Shown here: positions 1-10,926 of the stretch, piece by piece
Position numbering within the stretch: the stretch's first letter is position 1
How the letters are laid out: each line of letters opens with the position of its first letter
Source: Trueperaceae bacterium
GTDB lineage: Bacteria > Deinococcota > Deinococci > Deinococcales > Trueperaceae
Assembly: GCA_965213925.1 (NCBI GenBank)
Contig: OZ243927.1
Span: forward strand, 3,872,001 to 3,936,000
Length of the DNA stretch: 64,000 nucleotides
Direction: 5' to 3'
Made by a program: the position numbers and the translations under genes
Notes under the pieces: model-generated
Database searches by the model: none
The model's input: the letters and a program-made list of their open reading frames with translations, nothing else
Told to the model about the DNA's origin: nothing

Positions 1-935
1 CGGTCAGCAAGGTCTGCGGCAGCGGCATGGAGTCGATTATTCAAGCAGCGAGAGCGGTGATGGTCGGCGACGCCAACGTCGTCGTCGCGGGCGGCATGGA
101 GTCGATGACGAACGCGCCTTACCTCGTTCCCGGTGCTAGGGGCGGCTTAAAGATGGGCGACAAGCAACTCGTAGACCACATGGTCAATGACGGTTTATGG
201 GACGTCTACAACGACAAGCACATGGGCGCGTGCGCGGAGATGTGCGCCGATAAGTACAGCTTCAGCCGCGAAGACCAGGACGAATTCGCCACAGCGTCTT
301 ATGAGCGCGCAGCCAAGGCGAACAAGGACGGCGGCTTCGACGACGAGATGGTCTCGGTTGAGGTCACGGGGCGCAAGGGCGACGTTACCGTCATCTCCGA
401 GGACGAGGAACCTTCAAAGCTCAACAACGATAAAATCTCTAAACTTCGTCCGGCTTTTAAGCGTGACGGCGGCAGCGTCACGGCGGCGAATGCCTCGGGC
501 ATCAACGACGGAGCAGCGGCGGTTATCGTCACCTCGGACGAATACGCGAAGGCGAACGGGATGCCTATCCTTGCAACCATCGAAGGCTACGCCGCTAACG
601 CGATTGACCCCGAGTGGTTCACCATCGCTCCAGTTGGCGCGATGAAGAAGCTCTTTGAAAAAACAGACAGCAAGCCTGAAGATTATGGGCTCTATGAGGT
701 CAACGAAGCCTTTGCCGTGGTGAGCATGGCGGCGATGGAGGAGTTTGGCATCTCGCACGATCAGCTCAACGTGCACGGCGGCGCGGTAGCGCTCGGTCAT
801 CCCATCGGCGCGTCCGGCACGCGCATCGTGGTGACGCTGCTGCACGCGATGAAGCAGCGCGATCAGGAGCGCGGTATGGCGTCCATCTGCATCGGCGGCG
901 GTGAGGCGTTGGCGATGGCGGTGGCGCTCGCTTAA
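1..935 (+). CDS. Acetyl-CoA C-acetyltransferase (thiolase), 5'-truncated by window edge
   Basis: Frame is open from position 3 (VSKVCGSGM, active-site Cys motif); NEAF, GHPIGASG and CIGGG thiolase motifs. Confidence 0.95.
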   Translation, partial: VSKVCGSGMESIIQAARAVMVGDANVVVAGGMESMTNAPYLVPGARGGLKMGDKQLVDHMVNDGLWDVYNDKHMGACAEMCADKYSFSREDQDEFATASYERAAKANKDGGFDDEMVSVEVTGRKGDVTVISEDEEPSKLNNDKISKLRPAFKRDGGSVTAANASGINDGAAAVIVTSDEYAKANGMPILATIEGYAANAIDPEWFTIAPVGAMKKLFEKTDSKPEDYGLYEVNEAFAVVSMAAMEEFGISHDQLNVHGGAVALGHPIGASGTRIVVTLLHAMKQRDQERGMASICIGGGEALAMAVALA

Positions 936-955
936 AAGCTCACTTTCTAGCTGTT

Positions 956-990
956 GAGGGCGGACGAAAGTCCGCCTTCTCTTTTTCTTT
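956..990 (+). terminator. Intrinsic terminator after thiolase
   Basis: GAGGGCGGAC-GAAA-GTCCGCCTTC hairpin followed by T-rich tract. Confidence 0.8.
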
Positions 991-993
991 CGG

Positions 994-2043
994 TTAGCGC
1001 AGCACAAGCGTCGCTCGAACGGGTAGATGATCAGACGCCAGTTTAGGTCCGCGTTCAACCTCGGCAATGTCAAAGGCGTCGCTGTACCAGATGTAGTCGA
1101 GTCTTAGCAAAAGAGGTACAGGTAGACCGCTCTGCAATTCAGCCGGCCATGTGTTCCCCCAACCTACACCCGCTGCGCGAAAAGCGTCTTGCATAACCTC
1201 AGCGACACGCCCATAGGTAGCAGCATGTTGGCTCATATTGAAGTCGCCTGTGACGACGTAAGGCAAAGACTCCTGCCGTAACGAGTCGATGAGGAGACCA
1301 ATCTGCTGATTTCTGATGGTGTCGTCGTACCTCGAGAGGGCGTTGACCTCAAACCAGGGGAGGGAGGAAAAGCGAGGCTCGCCGATAGGCCAGCGCAAAT
1401 GCACGTTGTAAAGCGCGACACTGCGCCCATCAATCTTTATCTCTATGCGTTGTATTTTTTCTGTGCCTACACTGCTCATCTCGGTGAGAGGGTAACGGGA
1501 CAGTACCATCTTCCCCCAAGCTTCCGGTTGGCTTACTTGATGAGGATAGGCCTCGAGCAGCGCGGGCGCACCTTTGGTATACGACTCGGGAACCTCTTGT
1601 AAAGTCACAATATCGGCGTTTAGCGTCCGCAACCAAGCCTCGAGCCCGTCAGGATTGGCTCGCATGTTGTAGGTGACGACCTCGAGCCTAAGCCCCTCAG
1701 GTACATCTCGAGGACCAAGTGAGAGAACAGGACCAAACCACAGAAGTCCTACGACGCCAAGCCAAGAGGTCAGCACAAACCCTAAATGCCAACGTTTAAG
1801 CCAAGCCGCAGGTAGAGCTGCGACTAGAGGCACGAAGAGAAGAGGTGCAAAAGTGTTGAGGAGCGACAGCCACCAAAGGCTGTCCCCGAAACTGAAACGT
1901 AAGACGAGGTAGAGACAGAGCGTGCTCAGGTAAATGTAAAGAACAGTGCGTAGCACAAGCAAGCCTAGCTTTTCGGAGCGTGTGATACGGATTCCGCTAT
2001 ATTCCCTATCACCGAGAAAAGCGTTCGATGATAGTCCATACAC
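994..2043 (-). CDS. Membrane-anchored endonuclease/exonuclease/phosphatase (EEP) family protein
   Basis: N-terminal TM helices; TYN, LQE, NVHL, GDFN, RLDYIW and SDHLP motifs; TATACT 6 nt before GTG (leaderless). Confidence 0.85.
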   Translation of the reverse strand: MYGLSSNAFLGDREYSGIRITRSEKLGLLVLRTVLYIYLSTLCLYLVLRFSFGDSLWWLSLLNTFAPLLFVPLVAALPAAWLKRWHLGFVLTSWLGVVGLLWFGPVLSLGPRDVPEGLRLEVVTYNMRANPDGLEAWLRTLNADIVTLQEVPESYTKGAPALLEAYPHQVSQPEAWGKMVLSRYPLTEMSSVGTEKIQRIEIKIDGRSVALYNVHLRWPIGEPRFSSLPWFEVNALSRYDDTIRNQQIGLLIDSLRQESLPYVVTGDFNMSQHAATYGRVAEVMQDAFRAAGVGWGNTWPAELQSGLPVPLLLRLDYIWYSDAFDIAEVERGPKLASDHLPVRATLVLR

Positions 2044-2209
2044 TCCATCAGTATATTTTTCCTACTCGCAGAGGAGTCCTCAACCGGGCGTATCATGCCG
2101 TTAATTATTGCTTGCATTAGCTATTCGTTGATGTTACCACCGGTTGAAGACTCTTTCGCTCGGATTGATTCGCTGACATGCGTGAATCAATCGGAATTCG
2201 TATGAGAGG

Positions 2210-2920
2210 TCAAACTTTATCCGGCATCCGCCCCTGCTGAATCGCCTCCGCCACCGTCCCCGGCAAACCCCACGCCACGATGTCAAACGCAACCGCGGCA
2301 AAGTCGTACTCGACCTTATCCATCGAAACCTCGACTGAGCCTTCGCCGATATCGAGGAGCGCGTAATCCGCCCCCGGCTCACCGTTGAGTGACAAACCGA
2401 CCGAGCCCGGATTGATGATCCAGCCCATCGGCAGCTTTTTGTAGAAGGGGACGTGCGTCTTGCCTGTCGCGAGAATCGTGCAGCGGTATTCCTCTAAAAG
2501 CTTGGTCAGCCCGATGACGTCTTGGTCTAAGTCGAGGCGTCCGCCGCCGAGCGTGCTGTGAAAAAAACGCATCCTGCCCACGGGCGTATTGATGCGCTGC
2601 TGTGAGGGGAGGTTGCGCAAGAAGTCGATGTGGCGCGGCTCGATGACGGTGCGCGTCCACTCCAAAATCTCATCGGCGACGCCGGCTCGCTGCTTCTGGG
2701 GTTTAGCGAAGTCAAACGCAATCTGCTCGTCGGCTGCGCCGAGCGTGCACATGGCCCCTTCTTGGCGCAAGAGGTCGATGGTTTCGTTGGGCGAGGGACC
2801 GTAGCCGACCAGATCGCCCAAGCAGACAATGGTGTCTGCGCCCCTATCTCTAAGCACGGCTAAAACCGCCTCGAGCGCCAAGATGTTCGCGTGAACGTCG
2901 CTGATAACTCCTAAAATCAC
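2210..2920 (-). CDS. Metallophosphoesterase (YfcE/MJ0936-like)
   Basis: ISDVHAN, LGDLVGYGP, THVP and NPGSVG motifs. Confidence 0.88.
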   Translation of the reverse strand: MILGVISDVHANILALEAVLAVLRDRGADTIVCLGDLVGYGPSPNETIDLLRQEGAMCTLGAADEQIAFDFAKPQKQRAGVADEILEWTRTVIEPRHIDFLRNLPSQQRINTPVGRMRFFHSTLGGGRLDLDQDVIGLTKLLEEYRCTILATGKTHVPFYKKLPMGWIINPGSVGLSLNGEPGADYALLDIGEGSVEVSMDKVEYDFAAVAFDIVAWGLPGTVAEAIQQGRMPDKV

Positions 2921-3237
2921 GGGCTCAGTGTAGCATTAGATAACCTAAATTACTTAAAAATGTAGGGAACTTCTCAAAGCGGCAAGCAGAAACTGTATGC
3001 TCCCCTCTTCCCCTCGAGCCACACACCTCATAACCTCATCGACGCGCCCATCACATTCGCTCCAACCCAGTGCGCCGTCTCAGGCTAGGCGCTATATTAG
3101 GTTTTGATTTGCGGTCTGTGGTATTTTTCGCATTGAGCGAGGTAGTTTAGAGTGCACATGCGAGCGGGGACCTCTCTGAACGCACCTTACTATTCGCAGC
3201 AAACCTAGCTGAATTTGGATTTGAAAGGGGAACTCAC

Positions 3238-4272
3238 ATGAATAACGCAGCTTCAAAATTTCGTCTGGTGGTACTGGCACTTCTGCTCAGCTTCGGCGTG
3301 GTGGCGTGCGGAGGCGGCGGGGGTGGCTCGGAAGAGAGCGGCTCGGGAGCTGAAAACACAGAAGGCGTTAGCGACGCAGAGGATACAGCGGACGCAGAGG
3401 TCGCAGACGCTGCGGAAGAGGGGGGCGCGGCGACGGGCGGCGCAACAGGGGGCACAACTGGAGGTGCGGCGACAGGCGGCGCGGCAACTGGGGGCGGCGC
3501 AGGTGGTGTTAGCGGCGCGGCGGCTGGAGCGGCTGGTGCAGCGGGCGCGGCGGCTAGTGCGCTGACTGGAGACGGAACGGGTGGCGCAACCGGTGGGATG
3601 GCGACGGGCGGCGCAACCGGAGGTGCGGCGACAGGGGGTGCAACAGGGGGTGCAACAGGCGGCGCGGCGACGGGCGGCGATGAGACAGGTGGTGGCATAG
3701 GTGAGGCTATTTCAGGCGCAGCAGCGGCGGCAGCGGGCGCAGTAGGGGGTGCGGCAGCGGCGGCCGTTGACGCCGTGACCGGTCAGGATTCGGAAACGGG
3801 CGGCGGCGCAACAGGGGGCGGCGCGACAGGGGGCGCAACCGGAGGTGCGGCGACAGGGGGTGCAACGGGTGGCGCGACAGGCGGTGCAGCAGCGGGTGGT
3901 GCGGCTCAAGAAGGTCAAGTCACCGTCAACCTCTCTAACGAGAGCAACACCGCTTGGATCGTGACCTCGGTTGACGGCGGCGACAACGTCGCTGAACTGG
4001 ACACGCAAAACCCTACCCTCAGCCTGACGACGGGTCGGCGCTACATGTTCGAGACATCCGACGGTCCCATCGACTTTCGTGACGAGAGCGGCAGCTTCCT
4101 CCTCGCGCAGGGGCAGCCTCAAGGAACGTTAGAGGACAGCTCGGAGGTCAACTTCACCGATGAGGGCGGCAGTGTGATGTTTACGCTCACGCCTGAACTT
4201 GCCGAACAACTGGCGACGTACTCGAGCACCATTTACCCCGCGATGAGCGGCAGCGTCGAGGTCAGTCAGTAA
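3238..4272 (+). CDS. Lipoprotein with Gly/Ala/Thr (ATGG) repeats and a C-terminal cupredoxin-like domain
   Basis: SD AAGGGG; lipobox VVAC; long GGA(A)TGG low-complexity stalk; globular C-terminus ending YSSTIYPAMSGSVEV. Confidence 0.75.
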   Translation: MNNAASKFRLVVLALLLSFGVVACGGGGGGSEESGSGAENTEGVSDAEDTADAEVADAAEEGGAATGGATGGTTGGAATGGAATGGGAGGVSGAAAGAAGAAGAAASALTGDGTGGATGGMATGGATGGAATGGATGGATGGAATGGDETGGGIGEAISGAAAAAAGAVGGAAAAAVDAVTGQDSETGGGATGGGATGGATGGAATGGATGGATGGAAAGGAAQEGQVTVNLSNESNTAWIVTSVDGGDNVAELDTQNPTLSLTTGRRYMFETSDGPIDFRDESGSFLLAQGQPQGTLEDSSEVNFTDEGGSVMFTLTPELAEQLATYSSTIYPAMSGSVEVSQ

Positions 4273-4309
4273 AGAACTGAAGAAACAACCATTTGGAACC
4301 ACTGAGTAG

Positions 4310-4342
4310 GCTCGAGGCTGCGCAAGGTCTCGAGCTTTTTTT
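4310..4342 (+). terminator. Intrinsic terminator
   Basis: GCTCGAGGC...GTCTCGAGC stem plus T7. Confidence 0.75.
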
Positions 4343-4523
4343 GGGAACGATTCATGGAAATACCGCCGAACGCTGGCGCTAGGCGAGCGTAGCTTCAACG
4401 CGGTTGCACGGTCTCTCAGCACAATGTAAGTGTTATCTATCTGGCGAGGCTGGTGCTCCGAGAAACTGCGTACATCGTCACTAGCTGCTAGCAGCCTATC
4501 TATGTGATAGACTCCTCTTCGCT

Positions 4524-5378
4524 ATGCGCGTCGGTATGATTTCTCAACTTCTCTGGGCTCGCTACGGCGACCTGTGGGAAAGACTCCTCACGGGAGTGGG
4601 GACAGAGGTGCAGCGCGCCGCACCCGAAGAGGTCGCAAAGGCTTTGCAAGATGAGCGCTTAGGCGTCGTTTCCGGCTTCGCCTTCAAGCTCGCCGCCGCC
4701 GAAGCGCTGGCGTTTGAGAATGCCGACGTCATCCTCGCACCCGAACTTAACCCCAACACCGACTCGTTACGCGGCAGCGGGCAAGACCCGTTTATCTCGA
4801 GCTTCCCCGAGGCGTTAAGCACCTCTGTAAGCGGCTTGCCACCCATCCTAAGCGTACCTGCGTCATTAGAAGGCAATGTAGAAACGCTCGTCATCAGCAC
4901 CCTTCATACGCTCACTAGGGACCCCGCCTTAGTGCGGCGCGTGTGGGAGCGGCAGCGCTCCTCGGCGAGAGCGCCCAAAATAGCCGAACCGCGCTGGCGC
5001 GTGCGCCCGTCAGAGGGCGGAACTGTAGGCGTCATCGCTCAGCCCTGGTTGCTGCGAGAAGAGGTCATGAGAGCGGCTTTAGGAGAGACGGAAGTGCACG
5101 TCGTCTCGCAGAGCCAGTTGGACCCCGCCATGCTCCGCGCCGAAGGATCGCGCGTGGACGAACGCCTCATTCCCACCGACAGCGAAGTGTTGGGGGCGGC
5201 GCGTTACTTAGGTCGCAAGGGCAGCGTGAGCAAGCTCCTGATGATTGCAGACGCATCCTCCGGGGCAGATGCTTGGCTCGTAAGGCGGGTGCAGAAGTTG
5301 ACGCACAAACCCTTCGAGGCCGTCTACCTTCAAGATAGTTTAGAACCGGACGCCCTCACCTCTGCGTTCTTGTCCTAA
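4524..5378 (+). CDS. Hypothetical protein, DUF2229 / acyl-CoA dehydratase activase-related-like
   Basis: N-terminus MRVGMISQLLWARYGDLWERLL..G.EV resembles the DUF2229 start (recalled, not searched). Confidence 0.5.
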   Translation: MRVGMISQLLWARYGDLWERLLTGVGTEVQRAAPEEVAKALQDERLGVVSGFAFKLAAAEALAFENADVILAPELNPNTDSLRGSGQDPFISSFPEALSTSVSGLPPILSVPASLEGNVETLVISTLHTLTRDPALVRRVWERQRSSARAPKIAEPRWRVRPSEGGTVGVIAQPWLLREEVMRAALGETEVHVVSQSQLDPAMLRAEGSRVDERLIPTDSEVLGAARYLGRKGSVSKLLMIADASSGADAWLVRRVQKLTHKPFEAVYLQDSLEPDALTSAFLS

Positions 5379-5696
5379 ATGCCGCTACTTGCCGCCGTCA
5401 TCACTGCGCTCTACGCTTTCGTCAACGCTTTCGGCGCGTGGATAGTTATTCGGCGTAAACCTTGGGTCGCGGGGCTCTTTATGCTCGCCGCCGCCGTGCT
5501 GATGGTCGCCGCCGCCGCGACGGTTTCCTCTATCCCTTATACGAGAGTGATTCTCGCCGCCGGCCTGGTGATGGCGTCCGCGACCTCGTTACTCAACGCT
5601 CAGGTCGTGATAGGCAAAATAGAGGCAAAAAACCATGTGATTCGCGCTGCAGTTGCTACCGGTATCTACCTCTTGGTAAACGCAGCAGTAGGATGA
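5379..5696 (+). CDS. Small membrane protein
   Basis: Starts immediately after the upstream stop; 3-4 hydrophobic helices. Confidence 0.7.
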   Translation: MPLLAAVITALYAFVNAFGAWIVIRRKPWVAGLFMLAAAVLMVAAAATVSSIPYTRVILAAGLVMASATSLLNAQVVIGKIEAKNHVIRAAVATGIYLLVNAAVG

Positions 5697-5758
5697 TGCG
5701 CCCGCTCGAGTCCAACCGGCTAAAAGCCGCTTTTTTGCTTGGGACGTATTCTCGTACC

Positions 5759-5787
5759 TTGACCCTCTCACGGCGCCATGCTAGAGT
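5759..5787 (+). promoter_or_regulatory. Sigma70-type promoter for argG
   Basis: TTGACC-N17-TAGAGT with an extended -10 TG. Confidence 0.7.
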
Positions 5788-5788
5788 T

Positions 5789-5822
5789 TGCAAAGTTATC
5801 GCTTACACTGCATAACTAATCA
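5789..5822. promoter_or_regulatory. Putative tandem ArgR (ARG) boxes
   Basis: TGCAAAGTTATCGC (weak) and TGCATAACTAATCA, 20 bp apart, over the predicted transcription start of argG. Confidence 0.45.
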
Positions 5823-5831
5823 AAAATTCGT

Positions 5832-5876
5832 ATGCTATCTATCGTACCCTTAGCCAGCCGCGCCCGACGCCGTTAA
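5832..5876 (+). CDS. Putative Arg-rich leader peptide MLSIVPLASRARRR
   Basis: ATG...CGC GCC CGA CGC CGT TAA within the argG leader, overlapping the 5' arm of a long stem; no SD. Confidence 0.55.
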   Translation: MLSIVPLASRARRR

Positions 5877-5986
5877 AACCGCCCCAGCGGTCCTTTCGTC
5901 GTGTTGTGCGGGCCGTCTCACTTGGCTAGGGATATCCGTCGTTACCTCAATCCAAAGTCACACCGGTATATCAAGAGGAGAAGATA

Positions 5987-7210
5987 GTGAAGAACAATGC
6001 TCAGGTTAAAAAGGTCGTCCTCGCTTACTCGGGCGGGCTCGACACGTCGGTTATTTTGCACTGGCTTAAAACCCACCTCAGCACCGAAGTCATCGCGTTT
6101 ACCGCCGACATCGGTCAGGGTGAAGAGGTCGCGGAGGCGAAGGCGAAGGCGCTCAAGACGGGCGCGGTGAATGCTTATGCAGACGATCTCACCGAAGCGT
6201 TCGTCACCGACTTCGTCTTCCCAGTGCTGCGTTCCGGTGCGACGTATGAGGGCTACTACCTCTTAGGCACCTCATTCGCCCGCCCACTTATCGCCAAGCG
6301 GATGATCGAAATCGCCAAACGCGAAGGCGCGGACGCGGTGGCGCACGGCGCGACGGGCAAAGGCAACGATCAAGTGCGCTTCGAACTTTCCTCTTACGCC
6401 TTAAACCCCGACATCAAAGTGATCGCACCCTGGCGCGAGTGGGATTTGAAGGGGCGCGAAGACTGCGTCGCGTACGCCGAAGCGCACGGCATCCCTGTTC
6501 CCGTCACCAAAGAAAAACCTTATTCGACGGACGCCAACCTCTTTCACACCTCTTACGAAGGCGGCGTTTTGGAAGACCCATGGGCGGAAGCCCCTAAAGG
6601 GATGTGGCAGCGCACCGCCGACCCGGAAGACGCGCCGGACACGCCGCAGACCCTAGAGATCGACTTCGAAGCGGGCAATCCTGTCGCGATTGACGGCGAA
6701 CCCCTCTCCCCCGTTGCTCTCTTACAGCGCGCCAACGAGATTGCAGGCAAACACGGCGTCGGGCGCATCGACATCGTGGAGAACCGCTTTGTCGGCATGA
6801 AGTCGCGGGGCTGCTACGAGACGCCCGGCGGCACGCTCCTCTATCACGCCCACAAAGCAGTGGAGTCCTTGACGCTCGACAGGCAGGTGCTGCAACTCCG
6901 CGACGAACTCGCGCCGAAATACGCAGGAATGGTCTACAACGGCTTCTGGTACGCGCCCGAGCGGGAAGCGCTACAAGGGATGCTGGACGAGATACAAAAG
7001 CCCGTTACGGGTACGGTCAAGCTCAAGCTCTACAAAGGCAACCTCACAGTTTTAGGACGCAAGTCGCCCAACAGCCTCTACCGCCAAGACGTCGTGACGT
7101 TCGAAAAGGACGACGTCTACCACCAGGGCGACGCCGACGGCTTTATCAAACTGAACGCCCTGCGGCTGCGCATCGCGGCGCAAGCGGGGAAAGAGCCTGT
7201 CAACTCGTAA
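5987..7210 (+). CDS. argG: Argininosuccinate synthase
   Basis: [24 protein letters not shown] and [10 protein letters not shown] motifs; SD GAGGAG. Confidence 0.98.
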   Translation: MKNNAQVKKVVLAYSGGLDTSVILHWLKTHLSTEVIAFTADIGQGEEVAEAKAKALKTGAVNAYADDLTEAFVTDFVFPVLRSGATYEGYYLLGTSFARPLIAKRMIEIAKREGADAVAHGATGKGNDQVRFELSSYALNPDIKVIAPWREWDLKGREDCVAYAEAHGIPVPVTKEKPYSTDANLFHTSYEGGVLEDPWAEAPKGMWQRTADPEDAPDTPQTLEIDFEAGNPVAIDGEPLSPVALLQRANEIAGKHGVGRIDIVENRFVGMKSRGCYETPGGTLLYHAHKAVESLTLDRQVLQLRDELAPKYAGMVYNGFWYAPEREALQGMLDEIQKPVTGTVKLKLYKGNLTVLGRKSPNSLYRQDVVTFEKDDVYHQGDADGFIKLNALRLRIAAQAGKEPVNS

Positions 7211-7337
7211 AAGAGGTTTTTTCGAAGGTGTCCCGTTTTGTGTATACATGGAAATTGATTTTCGTCTCTTACAGACATTGCGCCACCATATGCACAAAAC
7301 GTGGTACACCGCCGTTTTTAAGGTAAAGGAGAAAAGC

Positions 7338-7808
7338 GTGGCACTCGTACCACAAGAACGCTCACAGCAAAAAACAAGAGGGCAAGCCGCTAAGGTGAGG
7401 CTTGCGGAACTAGAGGACGCTCCAAACGTCGCGCAATTTCTCGGTGAGGTTAGGGAAGAATCCACAACGCCTGAAGAGGTCGAAGTAAACCTCGAGCAGG
7501 GCGGCGCACTCCTCCTAGAGGGTTCAGGCACGCTGCTCTGCGCGCTTTTGTGGCTCGAGACCCCGCACGGCTGGACCCTGGAGCAACCCGCCGTAGCGGA
7601 AGCGTACCGCGACCAAGAGCTGGACCGCTGGGTCCTGACGAAGTTGGAGGCGTTGGCGATCAGGCGCAACATCCCCTTTCTTAGAATGAAGCTCAGGGAC
7701 GAAGCGCTGCTCGCCTACTTCGGGCGCATGGGGTATCGGCTCGAGGCGGGACGTGACCTCTTGCTGAGTAAGCGCGTCGGGGGAACGTGGCAGACGCAAG
7801 GAGCCTGA
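7338..7808 (+). CDS. GNAT-fold acetyltransferase-like protein
   Basis: SD AAGGAG before in-frame GTG at 7338; AVAEAYR..EL and YFGRMGY GNAT-like motifs. Confidence 0.6.
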   Translation: MALVPQERSQQKTRGQAAKVRLAELEDAPNVAQFLGEVREESTTPEEVEVNLEQGGALLLEGSGTLLCALLWLETPHGWTLEQPAVAEAYRDQELDRWVLTKLEALAIRRNIPFLRMKLRDEALLAYFGRMGYRLEAGRDLLLSKRVGGTWQTQGA

Positions 7809-8004
7809 ACTTCTGAATATATTTACATGAATTATACAAAAAGCTAAATATGGCAACCTTTTGTCAACCTTCGACCTCTACAATGAAAGTAACCTCACTC
7901 GGACAGGAGGAGAAGGTTGCTTTCTTGCGACTTTTGCGCCGCTTGTACACCCTGCTGGTTGGAGGATGCAACATAAATAGGAGGGCGTGCGAAAGCCTCT
8001 TCAC

Positions 8005-8039
8005 ACAGTACTACTGACTGTCGGTAGTACTGTTATACT
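8005..8039 (+). promoter_or_regulatory. Palindromic operator plus extended -10 of the leaderless TA operon
   Basis: ACAGTACTAC-TGACTGTCG-GTAGTACTGT abutting TGtTATACT, 6 nt before ATG 8046. Confidence 0.75.
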
Positions 8040-8045
8040 TGCAGC

Positions 8046-8453
8046 ATGGACAGCGTGAAATGGAAGCTCAAGGCGTATCTGGAGCACCACAAGCTGAGCG
8101 CGTATGCGCTCACGAAGGCGACTGACCTCTCCCCGAACACGGTTTATACCATCGCAAGAGGAGACACGAATCAGGTTAGGCTCGAGACACTTGCGGGGCT
8201 TCTAGGGGGGCTGCGCAAACTTACGGGGCGTGAGGTGAGCTTAGAAGACGTGCTCGAGCATGAATACCGGCCCGAGTCTGAGGAGAACGCCTTAGAGCGT
8301 GAGCATGCGTTATGGGAGAGCGCCCTTTTAGAGGCGAGCGGCAGCCCGGTGCATGAACCTTATGACTGGGGTGACGTTAGTCCTGAGACGCTAGGCGAAC
8401 CCCTACGCTACATCGAAGGTCGAGGCTGGGTAGAGGGCGACGAGCGTGGCTAA
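8046..8453 (+). CDS. Xre/Cro-type HTH protein, putative antitoxin
   Basis: HTH (SAYALTKATDLSPNTVYTIARG) and acidic C-terminus; overlaps the downstream toxin start. Confidence 0.75.
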   Translation: MDSVKWKLKAYLEHHKLSAYALTKATDLSPNTVYTIARGDTNQVRLETLAGLLGGLRKLTGREVSLEDVLEHEYRPESEENALEREHALWESALLEASGSPVHEPYDWGDVSPETLGEPLRYIEGRGWVEGDERG

Positions 8454-8811
8454 CGCACCGCAGATCGGCGAGGTTCTACTCGCACGCTTGCCCAGACACC
8501 TCCCTTCCGGGCACGAGCAGGAGGGAACGCGCCCGGTGATTGTCGTTGGTGAGCCTGAGCGCGTCGGCTCGTCGCGCTTTCCGCAGGTCGTTGTTGTTCC
8601 CGTGACCTCTCAGGTCGGCGCATGGTCACAGGGTAGCGGGCTCTACCTAGCTCTTGAAGCAGGCGCGGGTGGACTGACGCGAAACTCGGTGGTGATGCTC
8701 GACCATGTGCGCGGCATAGATGCAAAGCGCATCATGCGGCGTTTGGGCAGGCTGAATCAGGACGAGTACGCACCTATCGCGCAGAGCGTAGGGACGATGT
8801 TCGGCTTGTAA
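8446..8811 (+). CDS. mazF: PemK/MazF-family endoribonuclease toxin
   Basis: GHEQEGTRPVIVV, VVPVTS and SVVMLDHVRGID..RI..RLG motifs. Confidence 0.9.
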   Translation: MANAPQIGEVLLARLPRHLPSGHEQEGTRPVIVVGEPERVGSSRFPQVVVVPVTSQVGAWSQGSGLYLALEAGAGGLTRNSVVMLDHVRGIDAKRIMRRLGRLNQDEYAPIAQSVGTMFGL

Positions 8812-9445
8812 TGTCTTTTCAGCTCTAAAGAAAACCCCCATCTCTCCGTTTCAGGCCTGAAATCTGGTTATTGAGAACATGAACGATTTGAAGATGACGC
8901 CACAAGAGGTAAACGCAATCAATCGTAACAATGAACACTCCGTGAACGTAAGAGCGTGAAAAACAGAACGTCCTATGTGCTTCTGTACAGCGTTCTGCAC
9001 GCTTTTCCGGCACCATGAGGCGTGATGAGGCGCGCTTTAGAATCTCTACTCAGCAACGTGTGTGGGCGGATGCGCAGACGCACCTTCGTGCCGCTCGTGA
9101 CGCTGGGCTACGCGGTGCTCTTCGTGCCTTTTCTGCTCGCTACCATTGCGCCGGGGCTCGTTTTACTCGAGCTAACCCCCGCCCTCACCACGCTTTTAGC
9201 GGTTATCAACTTCGCCGCGCTCGGCTTTGTCTACGTTGCGACGGCTTTTGTCGCGGCGAAGCGGCTTCAAGATATGAACCAGTCGGGCAAATCTGCCGTT
9301 TTGACCCTCTTACCCGGCGGCTTTCTCCTGTTACTATGGATAGCCACGCAGCCACCCGTCGATAGCGAGCGCGGAGGCAACCGCTACGGGCGTAACCCGC
9401 GCGTGGCGTGGGGAGCAACCCAGCGGGAACAAAGAGGTGAACACC

Positions 9446-10891
<1,446 letters not shown>

Positions 10892-10926
10892 CGCAAGTCT
10901 AGCCCATTAGGAAGGTCCCGAGCGGC

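Noticed and set aside
3234..3698. Pro-rich 154-aa minus-strand ORF
   Set aside because: Shadow of the Gly-rich repeats of the plus-strand lipoprotein
7814..7838. Second ARG box
   Set aside because: AT-rich partial match only; not tandem and not clearly at an arg promoter
8879..8959. 26-aa ORF MNDLKMTPQEV...
   Set aside because: No SD or suitably placed -10 box and no recognisable features
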